Origin: Acidimicrobiia bacterium
GTDB taxonomy: Bacteria; Actinomycetota; Acidimicrobiia; Spongiisociales; UBA5794
DNA: 29,569 bases
Reading direction: 5' to 3'
Assembly (NCBI GenBank): GCA_046756805.1
Contig: JBHHXA010000001.1
Coordinates: 1-29,569, forward strand
Part shown: positions 8,702 through 17,200 of the stretch, in pieces
How the letters are laid out: each line of letters opens with the position of its first letter
Position numbering within the stretch: position 1 is the stretch's first letter
Notes under the pieces: generated by a model
What the model was told of the DNA's origin: nothing
Databases searched by the model: none
Seen by the model: only the letters and a program-made list of their open reading frames with translations
Position numbers and translations under genes: made by a program

Positions 8702-10003
8702 ATGATGATCGAATCCGCGTCGGGCCGCTTCCAGGCGCCGATCTCGTACGTCGATGTCCGCCGCTCGTACAACACCTTCCGCGCGGTCGGAGGCTTTCTG
8801 ATCGCGGTCGTCGCACTCGTCGCCTGGAGTCGGGGCTTCGATGCAGCGCCCTGGATCGCGACCGGCGGAACCGTGATCGTCATCGATGCGATGACGCGTC
8901 TCGATCGGGGGACGAGCACGCTCCCCTTGCTGTTGCTCGACGTGACCGTCATCGGGTCGATGGTCTTGACCGCCGGGCATTCCGCCGTCATCGAGGGCAC
9001 GGCTTTCGTCTACATCCTCACCGCGGCAATGCTCTTGCTGCCGCTCCGTTTCGCCGCCTCGGTGCTCGTATACGCGGCCGCATTCGTGCTGCCCGTCGCA
9101 TGGTGGGCACCCCTCGTCGCCTCGACCGAGGCAACCGAGGGACCGGTCGCGTTCCAGCTCGGCGCCGTCGCCGTGCTCACCGGACTCATCGCCGAGCTGC
9201 TCTACAGCGCGGGCAGGGCTCTCTACGAGGCTGGAGAGCGCCACCGCCACGCTCTCGCCTCGGAACGACGAGCCGTGCAGATCAAGGACGAGTTCGTGTC
9301 CATGGTCAGCCACGAGCTGCGCACGCCGCTCACCTCCATCGCGGGCTTCACCGACACGTTGCGCGAGACGTGGTCGCGTCTCGACCCGAACGAGATCGAG
9401 GAGTTCCTCCACATCATGCGGAGGGAGACGAGCCACCTCGCCAATCTCGTCGAGGACATCCTCGTGATCCCGAGGCTCGAGGCCGGGAGGCTCAAGCTCG
9501 ATCGCGCCGAGATCGATCTCCGACGCCACTCGTTCGAGATCGGTGAGATCGTCTTCCAGGACGGTGAGGCGGAGTTCTCGGTTGCGGTGCCCGGCGGCGT
9601 CATGGTCCACGCCGACCCCGTCCGTCTCAAGCAGATCCTGCGGAACCTCCTCGAGAACGCGAGGAAGTACGGAGGCGACCAGGTCCTCGTCGAAGGGGAG
9701 CAGCAGGGCGACATGTACCTGCTCGTCGTCTCCGACAACGGTCCCGGGGTCGGCGAGCCGGATCGCGATCGCATCTTCGACCACTTCGAGCAGGGTTCCA
9801 AGGGCGACGCCCGATCTGACCAGGGCGTGGGACTGGGCCTACCGATCGCCCGGAAGCTGGCGAGAGCGATGGGCGGAGACCTGTGGTTCGAGCCAAGGTT
9901 CCCGACCGGGTCGCGTTTCTGCGTGACGATCCGGCTGTCGAGAATCGCACAGCTCGCCGGGGTCCGCGAACCGGCAGGCGCAGAGCCCACGACGTCGGCC
10001 TGA
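8702..10003 (+). CDS. Membrane sensor histidine kinase (HisKA + HATPase_c)
   Basis: About 5-6 N-terminal TM segments; H-box 'VSHELRTPLTSI', N-box 'NLLENARKY', G1 'DNGPG', F 'IFDHF', G2 'GVGLGL'. Confidence 0.95.
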   Translation: MMIESASGRFQAPISYVDVRRSYNTFRAVGGFLIAVVALVAWSRGFDAAPWIATGGTVIVIDAMTRLDRGTSTLPLLLLDVTVIGSMVLTAGHSAVIEGTAFVYILTAAMLLLPLRFAASVLVYAAAFVLPVAWWAPLVASTEATEGPVAFQLGAVAVLTGLIAELLYSAGRALYEAGERHRHALASERRAVQIKDEFVSMVSHELRTPLTSIAGFTDTLRETWSRLDPNEIEEFLHIMRRETSHLANLVEDILVIPRLEAGRLKLDRAEIDLRRHSFEIGEIVFQDGEAEFSVAVPGGVMVHADPVRLKQILRNLLENARKYGGDQVLVEGEQQGDMYLLVVSDNGPGVGEPDRDRIFDHFEQGSKGDARSDQGVGLGLPIARKLARAMGGDLWFEPRFPTGSRFCVTIRLSRIAQLAGVREPAGAEPTTSA

Positions 10004-10014
10004 AGCCGGGCGGA

Positions 10015-10251
10015 TCAGGGCCGGGCCCGCTCGTCGCCGGCGTCTTCGTCTCCCCACGACGTCGCGTCGTAGGCACTCGAGGGAAGCGGAGCAGGCTTCT
10101 CGCGGGGACGCCAGGCAAGAACCCAGGCACTTTGTCGCGACGGCGGGTCCGGCGTAGCCCAGGCCGCAGACTCCTCCTCGAGCAGCAGGCCGACCGCGGC
10201 AACGATGGCCGCCGTCTCCCGAGGCCCGGCACCGCCGGTGATCTCGATCAT
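10015..10251 (-). CDS. Acyl-CoA carboxylase epsilon subunit-like protein
   Basis: 'IEITGGAGPRETAAIVAAV ... SAW' resembles the actinobacterial ACC_epsilon pattern (VxGxPxPEExAAlxAv ... SxW). ATGA overlap with mce. Confidence 0.65.
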   Translation of the reverse strand: MIEITGGAGPRETAAIVAAVGLLLEEESAAWATPDPPSRQSAWVLAWRPREKPAPLPSSAYDATSWGDEDAGDERARP

Positions 10252-10661
10252 GCTCGGTGCTCCAGCTCGACGAGTTCCACGAGAGTACCTGCAAACGATC
10301 TGGGGTGGACGAAGGCGATCTTGGCGCCCCTGCCGCCAATCCTCGGGACCTCGTCGATGAGCTCTGCGCCGGTGTCACGCAGCGTCTCGAGCGCCAGACC
10401 GATGTCGGCAACCGCAAAAGCGACGTGATGCAGCCCCTCGCCTCTTCGTGCGATGAATCTGCCGACCGGCGTCTCAGGGTTGATCGGCGAGACGAGCTGC
10501 ACAAAGGAGCCCCCCACAGGGACCATCGCCTCCTCCACACCCTGCTCCTCGACGACACCGCGATGCAACGGCTCCGAGCCGTAGAGCGTGCGGTAGGTCT
10601 CCAGCGAGGCGTCGAGGTCGCGCACGGCGATGGCAACGTGGTCCAGGTTGTACGGAAGCAC
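10248..10661 (-). CDS. mce: Methylmalonyl-CoA epimerase (VOC fold)
   Basis: 'LDHVAIAV', 'EQGVEEA', 'QLVSP', 'FIARRGEGLHHVAF', 'PRIGGRG..IAFVHP', 'GTLVELVE'. Confidence 0.93.
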   Translation of the reverse strand: MLPYNLDHVAIAVRDLDASLETYRTLYGSEPLHRGVVEEQGVEEAMVPVGGSFVQLVSPINPETPVGRFIARRGEGLHHVAFAVADIGLALETLRDTGAELIDEVPRIGGRGAKIAFVHPRSFAGTLVELVELEHRA

Positions 10662-10750
10662 GCCGGAAACGTACTACGGGGCCCGGTTGATGCCGAAGGG
10701 GCATCGTGGCACGACCGGTACCATGTCGCGAAGCAGCACGAGGAGTCCAT

Positions 10751-11935
10751 ATGGCCAACCCGGTGATCGCTGCGATCGCCCGCACCCCGCTCGGTAGGTT
10801 CAACGGCGCCTTCACGCCGCTGACGGCCATGGAGCTCGGCGCCACCGCCATCGCCGGAGCCCTTGAGCGCGCCGGCCTCACGGGTGACCAGCTCGACGAG
10901 GTGCTGTTCGGTCACGTCATCCAGGCAGGCCAGGGCCAGATCACGGCACGTCAGGCAGCGCGCCTCGCCGGTGTCCCGATGACGGTGCCCGCGACCACGA
11001 TCAACAAGGTGTGTCTCTCGGGTATGACGGCCATCGCCGAGGCTTCGCGACACATCAGGCTCGGCGAAGCGACCCTCGTGGTCGCCGGTGGCATGGAGTC
11101 GATGACGAATGCGCCCTACGTCGTGCCCGGTGCGCGCCACGGCCTCCGGATCGGCGACGGGACCATGGTCGACTCGATGCAGCACGACGGGCTGTGGTGC
11201 TCCTTCGACCACTGCACCATGGGAGAGTCGTCGGACAGAAAGAACGCGCTGCTCGGCATCGACCGGGCACAGCAGGACGAGTGGGCCGTCGCCAGCCATG
11301 CCAGAGCCCTCGCTGCCACAGACTCCGGGCTGTTCGACGGTGAGATCGTCGCGGTCGATGTGCCGCAACGGCGGGGAGAGCCGCTTTCGGTGACCCGGGA
11401 CGAGGGAATCCGACCCGGTACGACCATGGAGAGCCTCGGCAAGCTTCGCCCGGCGTTCGTGGCTGATGGCACGATCACTGCGGGCAACGCCTCGCAGATC
11501 TCGGACGGGGCGGCTGCAGTCGTTGTCGCGGATCGTGATGCCGCCGATGCCGCCGGTCTCCCCGTGCTCGCGGAGATCGTCGCTTACGGCCAGACCGCCG
11601 GGCCAGATGCCACCCTGCATGAGAGACCGGCCGAAGCCCTGAGGATCGCACTCAAAAGGGCCGAGCTGTCACCCTCCGACCTCGCCCTCGTCGAGATCAA
11701 CGAAGCGTTCGCCGCCGTCGCGCTGTGGTCGGCGCAACTCCTCGAGATCCCTTCGAAGCGGGTGAACACGGGCGGCGGAGCCGTTGCGCTGGGACACCCG
11801 CTCGGGGCCACGGGAGCGCGCATCGTCGTGACGCTCGTCAACGCGCTCCGGGCGCGAGGCGGCGGATTGGGAGGCGCTGCCCTGTGTGGCGGGGGTGGCC
11901 AGGGAGACGCGCTCGTCCTCAGGGTGGAGGGCTGA
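10751..11935 (+). CDS. Acetyl-CoA C-acetyltransferase (thiolase)
   Basis: Catalytic 'NKVCLSG', 'EINEAFA', 'GHPLGATG', 'ALCGGGGQG'. AGGAG SD before ATG 10751; divergent from mce. Confidence 0.95.
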   Translation: MANPVIAAIARTPLGRFNGAFTPLTAMELGATAIAGALERAGLTGDQLDEVLFGHVIQAGQGQITARQAARLAGVPMTVPATTINKVCLSGMTAIAEASRHIRLGEATLVVAGGMESMTNAPYVVPGARHGLRIGDGTMVDSMQHDGLWCSFDHCTMGESSDRKNALLGIDRAQQDEWAVASHARALAATDSGLFDGEIVAVDVPQRRGEPLSVTRDEGIRPGTTMESLGKLRPAFVADGTITAGNASQISDGAAAVVVADRDAADAAGLPVLAEIVAYGQTAGPDATLHERPAEALRIALKRAELSPSDLALVEINEAFAAVALWSAQLLEIPSKRVNTGGGAVALGHPLGATGARIVVTLVNALRARGGGLGGAALCGGGGQGDALVLRVEG

Positions 11936-12002
11936 CGGGAGACTCACCCGGGTCGGCGCCCACGGCGATAGCATCAGGTCATCGCAAGAAGGAGAACGGC
12001 GC

Positions 12003-12986
12003 ATGCCGGCAGAGCCGGATCGCAATCTGGCCATCGAACTCGTCCGAGTCACCGAGGCGGCCGCGATGGCCGCCGCTCGCCACCAGGGAAGAGGGGACAA
12101 GACCGCCGTCGACCAGGCTGCGGTCGATGCGATGCGCGTCATCCTCTCCACCGTCGACATGGATGGGATCGTGGTGATCGGTGAGGGCGAGAAGGACGAG
12201 GCGCCGATGCTCTACAACGGAGAGCGGGTCGGCAACGGCCAGGCACCCGAGGTCGACGTCGCAGTAGATCCCGTCGACGGGACCAGGCTGACCGCCAGGG
12301 GCATGCCGGGCGCGCTGGCTGTGATCGCCCTCGCGGAGCGAGGCTCCATGTACGCACCGGGAGCGCTCGTCTACATGGACAAGCTGGCCGTCGGTGAGGC
12401 GGCAGCGGGCATGGTCGACATCGCTGCGCCCGTCTCGCACAACCTCCAGCAGGTGGCGAAGGCCAGGTCGAAGGCGGTTTCGGACGTGACGGCGATCATC
12501 CTCGATCGACCCCGGAACGAGGAATACATCCGCCAGGTGCGGGATGCGGGGGCCCGTATCGCCCTCATCGGCGATGGCGACATCTCCGGCGCCATCTCTA
12601 CCGCGAAGTCAGACAGCGGTGTCGACATACTCTTTGGGATCGGCGGCTCTCCGGAGGCGGTGACGGCGGCATGTGCCATGGCCGCCCTCGGGGGAGAGAT
12701 CCAGTGCAAGCTGTGGCCGAGGGACGAGTCCGAACGCGACTATGCGCGTGAGGTCGGGCTCTCCCTCGACGAGGTGCTCACCACCAGGGACCTCGTCAAC
12801 AGCGAGAACACGTTCTTCGCCGCAACGGCGGTGACATCCGGTCAGTTGCTCGAAGGCGTCCACTTCGGCGGCACTTCGGTCACGACGCATTCCCTGGTCA
12901 TGCGATCCCGAACCAGGACGGTGCGGTTCATCGATGCAATGCACAGCTTCGACAGGCTGCGCGAGGTATCGAGCATCGGCTACTGA
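12003..12986 (+). CDS. glpX: Class II fructose-1,6-bisphosphatase
   Basis: 'DRNLAIELVRVTE', 'IGEGEKDEAPMLY', 'VDPVDGT', 'LDRPRN', 'GIGGSPE', 'FAATAVT'. AAGGAG SD. Confidence 0.97.
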   Translation: MPAEPDRNLAIELVRVTEAAAMAAARHQGRGDKTAVDQAAVDAMRVILSTVDMDGIVVIGEGEKDEAPMLYNGERVGNGQAPEVDVAVDPVDGTRLTARGMPGALAVIALAERGSMYAPGALVYMDKLAVGEAAAGMVDIAAPVSHNLQQVAKARSKAVSDVTAIILDRPRNEEYIRQVRDAGARIALIGDGDISGAISTAKSDSGVDILFGIGGSPEAVTAACAMAALGGEIQCKLWPRDESERDYAREVGLSLDEVLTTRDLVNSENTFFAATAVTSGQLLEGVHFGGTSVTTHSLVMRSRTRTVRFIDAMHSFDRLREVSSIGY

Positions 12987-12994
12987 GGCAACGG

Positions 12995-14110
12995 TCACGC
13001 ACCGTCCGCCACGAGCCGCGCCAGACGGTCGTCGTATGCGGGAGCGATGTGCTCCCAGTCGAGGCCGGCGACATGCCGGCGCAGCTCGGCGCCGACCTTC
13101 CTGCATTCCGAGAGGTCGCCGATGGCCAGCTCCAGCCTGCCGCATAGCTCACCATCGGCGTAGAGACACGCTTCGTGATGACGCTCGGGAAGCCTCTCCG
13201 GATACACGAGCCGATCCGGGAGCAGCGGGAAAGCTCCCGCGTACATGGCCTCGGTGATGGCAACACCGAAGAACTCCTGTTCCGCGGTGGAGACGACGAT
13301 GTCCGCCGCAGCGACGAGAGCGCGATACACATCGTCCTCTGCGAAACCGAAGTGCACGAGACGATCACCAAGCACGGCAGGCAAGGCCTCGAACTCCCCC
13401 GGCTGGCCCACGAATCGCTCACCCGTCATGATCACCCGGAAGTCGTGACCGGAGGCCGCGAGGGCCGTGATCGCCTCGGCGAAGGCTGCCGGACCCTTGT
13501 CGTACTCCCAGCGCTGGTTCCACAGGATGACGGGGGCGGTCGCCGCGGCAGGTGCCACACCGTCGAAACGGCGGAGGTCGACGCCGACGGGGAACACTTC
13601 GGCGCGGTCGCGAACCGCGGCCAGCTTCGACGTGTGCTTGTGATCGGGGAACCGGCCGAGGAACGATCCGGCCTCCTCGAAGAACACACGGCGGTGGTAG
13701 CTCGAGTTGAAGATCACGAGATCGGCAACGAGCGCCGACGTCCAGTTGATCATCGCGTACGCCTCGTCCGGTCTGTCCCTGTCCGACAACGGGTAGGTCA
13801 GCTGGCTCTCGTGCAGATAGACCGCCACAGGCGGCACGGGGGTGAGATCACGCACCATCCCCAGGAAGGCGGGGAGGTGGAGCATGCTGCCGGCGAGGAT
13901 CACGTCGTAGGGCCCGGCCCTATCGACGGCAGCGCGAAACGCGTCGGCGAGGGTCACGTGGGCGCCTTGCATCCGCCACTTCCAGAACCGCGCCGGATGG
14001 GAGACGATCTCGACGTCGTGATGCGAGGCGGCCCGGTATCCCTCCGCCCAGGCCTGGTGGGATCCGCCGAGGTAGGGCTCGACCAACGCCACCCGCAGCG
14101 GGCCTCCCAT
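12995..14110 (-). CDS. GT-B glycosyltransferase with DUF3524 (GTDC1/QTMAN-like) N-terminal domain
   Basis: 'EPYLGGSHQAW', 'PARFWKWRM.GA', 'YLHESQLTYP', 'FNSSYH', 'WNQRWEYDKGP', 'EFFG...EA', 'PDRLVYPE'. Confidence 0.85.
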   Translation of the reverse strand: MGGPLRVALVEPYLGGSHQAWAEGYRAASHHDVEIVSHPARFWKWRMQGAHVTLADAFRAAVDRAGPYDVILAGSMLHLPAFLGMVRDLTPVPPVAVYLHESQLTYPLSDRDRPDEAYAMINWTSALVADLVIFNSSYHRRVFFEEAGSFLGRFPDHKHTSKLAAVRDRAEVFPVGVDLRRFDGVAPAAATAPVILWNQRWEYDKGPAAFAEAITALAASGHDFRVIMTGERFVGQPGEFEALPAVLGDRLVHFGFAEDDVYRALVAAADIVVSTAEQEFFGVAITEAMYAGAFPLLPDRLVYPERLPERHHEACLYADGELCGRLELAIGDLSECRKVGAELRRHVAGLDWEHIAPAYDDRLARLVADGA

Positions 14111-14135
14111 CAGAAAGGGAAGGGGCTCCGGCGGC

Positions 14136-14729
14136 TCACAGCTCCAGGCGCCCGGAGAGAGCTCTCCCCAGCGTGATCTCGTCGGCATAGTCGAGATCGC
14201 CACCGACGGGAAGGCCGCTCGCGAGCCGGGTCACGCGCACGCCGTTGGGTTTGAGCAGCCGGGCCAGGTAGAGCGCCGTGGTGTCTCCTTCGACGGTCGG
14301 GTTGGTGGCAACGATGACCTCGCGGACACCTTCATGGTCGATCCGCGCCTCGAGCTCCTTCAAGCGGAGCTGATCCGGTCCCACGCCCTCGATGGGGGAG
14401 ATGGCTCCACCGAGGACGTGATACCGACCAGAGAACTCCTGCGTGCGCTCCAACACGGCGATGTCCTGAGGGTGCTCGACGACACACACCATCTGCGGAT
14501 CCCTCCTGACATCACGACAGATGGCGCACTGGTCCTCCGCCGATACGTTGAAACAGCGCAAGCACTCGCGCACTCCCCGCCGCATGCTGACCACGGCGTC
14601 CGCGAGCCGCACCGCGTCGGCCTCTTCGACATTGAGCAGGTGGAACGCAAGACGTTGTGCGCTCTTCCGACCGATCCCTGGAAGCCGGGCCAGCTCGTCG
14701 ATGAGATGCTGGACCGGAGCCTCGAACAT
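14136..14729 (-). CDS. recR: Recombination mediator RecR
   Basis: HhH '[15 protein letters not shown]', C4 zinc finger, Toprim 'YHVLGG', '[12 protein letters not shown]', '[13 protein letters not shown]'. Confidence 0.98.
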   Translation of the reverse strand: MFEAPVQHLIDELARLPGIGRKSAQRLAFHLLNVEEADAVRLADAVVSMRRGVRECLRCFNVSAEDQCAICRDVRRDPQMVCVVEHPQDIAVLERTQEFSGRYHVLGGAISPIEGVGPDQLRLKELEARIDHEGVREVIVATNPTVEGDTTALYLARLLKPNGVRVTRLASGLPVGGDLDYADEITLGRALSGRLEL

Positions 14730-15058
14730 CAGCCGGTGAGCCCGCCGAGACCGCCGAGGTCGCCCGTCAGACCTCCGAAGGCATCGCCGGCATCCTCTGC
14801 AACGGCTGCGAGCGCTTGATTGACCGCAGCGACGACGAGATCACCCACCAGCTCCGGGTCCTCGGGGTCCAGCACTTCGGGGTCGATGTCGACGGCGACG
14901 AGCGCTCCGTTGCCCCGCACCGTCGCTTTCACAACACCGCCACCGGACGTACCCTCGTAGGTCTTGTCCGACAGCTCCTGCTGGGCGCGTTGGAGCTCCT
15001 CTTGCATCTTCTGCGCCTGAGCCATCAGCTGGCGCATGTCCTTTGGCATCCGTCCCAT
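14729..15058 (-). CDS. ybaB: YbaB/EbfC nucleoid-associated protein
   Basis: '[12 protein letters not shown]', '[10 protein letters not shown]', 'DLVVAAVN'; lies between dnaX and recR. Start placed at ATG 15058. Confidence 0.93.
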   Translation of the reverse strand: MGRMPKDMRQLMAQAQKMQEELQRAQQELSDKTYEGTSGGGVVKATVRGNGALVAVDIDPEVLDPEDPELVGDLVVAAVNQALAAVAEDAGDAFGGLTGDLGGLGGLTG

Positions 15059-15099
15059 GGGCGCCCGAGCGTACACCACGTGCGGATCGGTGAGCTTCG

Positions 15100-16929
15100 T
15101 TACTCGGAGATGACCTCGCCGCCCAGCACGTCCACCACGAGCGCCGTCGCATCGGTGCCGTCCGACCCCTCCTCGAGCAAATCGTCCTTGTCGGGTGCGC
15201 GCTGCGGATCAGCGGGCCTGGTAGACGACTCGCGCGGTGTGTCCGCAGAGACGAACTCGAGCTTCACGTCGCAACCGAAGAGCTGGGTCGCGATCGTGCT
15301 CACGGAGCGCTGAAGCCCGGAATCGGCGCGCAGCTGCTCCAAGTGGAACGGGAGGTGCGCGGGCACCTCCAGGACAACCGTCCCGTTCCGGAGATCGGTG
15401 GGGCGCGCCTCCCGCAGCCAGGCATGCCTCCTGGGACCGGCGTCTTCCCTAACCCTCGCCACGATCGACGGCCAGGCGGTTTGGAACGCGTCGAAATCGA
15501 CGTCTCCCGCAACGTCGCCACCCGGCTCCTGGTTGGCTTCCGACCCGGCATCCGCACCGTCCTTGGGAGCCGCGGCCGGCGCTTGAGGCTCGGTAACCGG
15601 TGCTGAAGCCTCGGTGACCGGTGCGGAAGCCTCGGGATCTGGCGCGGTCGCCGGACGCTCCGCTGCCGCGGAGCGTGACGGAACGTGTGCCGGAGCAGAG
15701 GTCGATCGGGTGTCCGGCCTGGGCCGCGAGTCCTGATCGCTCTCCTCAGAGGACGCAGCGAGCCGTTGGGTCAAGTCGCGCACACGAGCCTCGAGCCGGT
15801 CCATCCTCGAAACGACGGCGCGCACGTCGGCGGCAGTATCGGGCCGCGCCAGCCTGAGGAGGGCCAACTCGACGACGAGGCGTTCCTCCCTGCCCTGTCG
15901 AAGCTGGAGCAACGCCTCAGACAGTTCGTCGACGGCGCGCAGCACATCGGCCGCCGAGAGCACGGAGACGTGACGACGCCACTCCTCCAGAACCTCCTTC
16001 GGCTCATCCGCCACCTCTTCGAGGTTCGGCGCATAGTGGGCAAGGAAGACGCCGCGGAAGAACCCCACCGCTTCTGAGACGAAGCGACGCAGATCTGCGC
16101 CCTGTGACGCCAGCGATGCCACCAACCCGAGCGCCGCGGGTGCATCCTGATCGCGAATCGCAACGGCAAGGGTCGCATAGGCATCCTGATCGGCGAGACC
16201 AAGGGCCCTCGTCACCCAGGCCGCCTCTACCTTGCCGCCGCCGAGGGCAGCCACCTGCTCGAGCAGGCTCAGCGCGTCCCGCACCGACCCTCGCGCATGC
16301 GCAGCAACGAGACCGAGCGTCCCGGGATCGGTCTCGTAGTCCTCCCGCTGTGTGATCACGTCCATGTACGCCGTGAGCGTCTCACTGCCGACGGGGTGGA
16401 AGTCGAAGCGCTGAGCCCGGCTCCGGATCGTGTCGAGCAGCTTGTACGGCTCCGTTGTTGCGAGAACGAAGACGACGTGGTCGGGCGGTTCTTCGAGCGT
16501 CTTCAGCAGCGCGTTGCCTGCGGCGCGCGAGAGCATGTGGGCTTCGTCGAGGATGTAGACGCGGTGAGCCCCGGCAGCCGCCGCGACGGTACCGACGTTG
16601 ATGCGGATCTCACGGATGTCCTCGACCTTGTTGTGGGACGCCGCATCGAGTTCGATCACGTCGAGCGACGTACCGTCTGCGATGGCGCCACAAGAACCGC
16701 ACGTGTTGCAGGGCTCCCCACCGGGCGCACCCTGCTCGCAGTTCAACGCCTTCGCCAGCAACCGTGCCGTCGTGGTCTTCCCCGTCCCTCGGGGACCGGC
16801 GAAGAGGTACGCGTGGGCGATCTTGCCGTCAACCACCTCGCGGAGCAACGTCGCCGTGACGTGCTCCTGACCGACGACCTCGTCGAACCGCTGCGGGCGG
16901 TGTTTGCGGTACAGCGCTTGATAGTCCAC
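15100..16929 (-). CDS. dnaX: DNA polymerase III subunit gamma/tau
   Basis: 'ALYRKHRPQRF', Walker A 'GPRGTGKT', zinc motif 'NC..PCNTCGSC', 'ELDAAS', 'ILDEAH', 'LKTLEEPP', 'GSVRDALSLL'. Confidence 0.98.
   Translation of the reverse strand: MDYQALYRKHRPQRFDEVVGQEHVTATLLREVVDGKIAHAYLFAGPRGTGKTTTARLLAKALNCEQGAPGGEPCNTCGSCGAIADGTSLDVIELDAASHNKVEDIREIRINVGTVAAAAGAHRVYILDEAHMLSRAAGNALLKTLEEPPDHVVFVLATTEPYKLLDTIRSRAQRFDFHPVGSETLTAYMDVITQREDYETDPGTLGLVAAHARGSVRDALSLLEQVAALGGGKVEAAWVTRALGLADQDAYATLAVAIRDQDAPAALGLVASLASQGADLRRFVSEAVGFFRGVFLAHYAPNLEEVADEPKEVLEEWRRHVSVLSAADVLRAVDELSEALLQLRQGREERLVVELALLRLARPDTAADVRAVVSRMDRLEARVRDLTQRLAASSEESDQDSRPRPDTRSTSAPAHVPSRSAAAERPATAPDPEASAPVTEASAPVTEPQAPAAAPKDGADAGSEANQEPGGDVAGDVDFDAFQTAWPSIVARVREDAGPRRHAWLREARPTDLRNGTVVLEVPAHLPFHLEQLRADSGLQRSVSTIATQLFGCDVKLEFVSADTPRESSTRPADPQRAPDKDDLLEEGSDGTDATALVVDVLGGEVISE
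15587..15635. repeat. 21-bp tandem repeat (about 2.3 copies) in the DnaX linker
   Basis: ggctcggtaaccggtgctgaa / gcctcggtgaccggtgcggaa / gcctcgg, encoding EASAPVT-EASAPVT-E. Confidence 0.8.
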
Positions 16930-16972
16930 GACCGCCGATGGTACTCGGGGGCTGTGACGGCGATCGGGAAGC

Positions 16973-17068
16973 GGCGGAGACCACCTAACGGAGAGCCGGG
17001 CTCGGCTGTACCGGTCCCGCGCCGCGCTGGTGGTCCGTCGCCCAGATAGCTACGCGGTGTCTCCGGCC
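16973..17068 (-). ncRNA. Candidate small SRP RNA (ffs)-like rod with non-canonical apical domain
   Basis: About 96-nt hairpin directly upstream of and co-oriented with dnaX, the usual ffs position. CGGAGAC/GTCTCCG plus ACC/GGT closing stem; CTGGGC/GCCCGG inner helix (G-U on this strand). The CAGG-NNN-GNRA-NNN-AGCA motif is absent. Confidence 0.4.
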
Positions 17069-17192
17069 ATCGACGCCGCGGCTACGTCACCGTCCTCAAC
17101 GCATCACCTGGCGCTTTCGTCCTGCGTCCTTGCCAGACGACGCCCATGACTCGGGGATACGCGGCATCAACTGCGCGACGGACCACTAGCGT
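17024..17192. repeat. 169-nt imperfect inverted repeat / long hairpin
   Basis: 17024-17041 pairs with 17175-17192 (18 bp, 2 G-U on +). 17057-17066 pairs with 17151-17160 (10 bp, 3 G-U on +). CTGGC/GCCAG inner stem at 17108-17136. Confidence 0.75.
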
Positions 17193-17200
17193 CGCACCTC

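Noticed and set aside
7541-9784. 747-aa minus-strand ORF and other long antisense ORFs (e.g. 9839-11620, 17878-19098, 20181-21374, 2691-3851)
   Set aside because: Shadow frames opposite well-supported genes; expected in high-GC DNA, and they carry no recognisable motifs.
15100-16929. DnaX programmed frameshift signal, and SRC motif reading SRA
   Set aside because: No A6G or poly-A slippery site seen; the arginine finger is retained and variation at that position is common in Actinobacteria.
17108-17136. Minus-strand CAGG-AC-GAAA segment as an alternative SRP domain IV
   Set aside because: No AGCA partner strand and no proper 3-bp apical helix.
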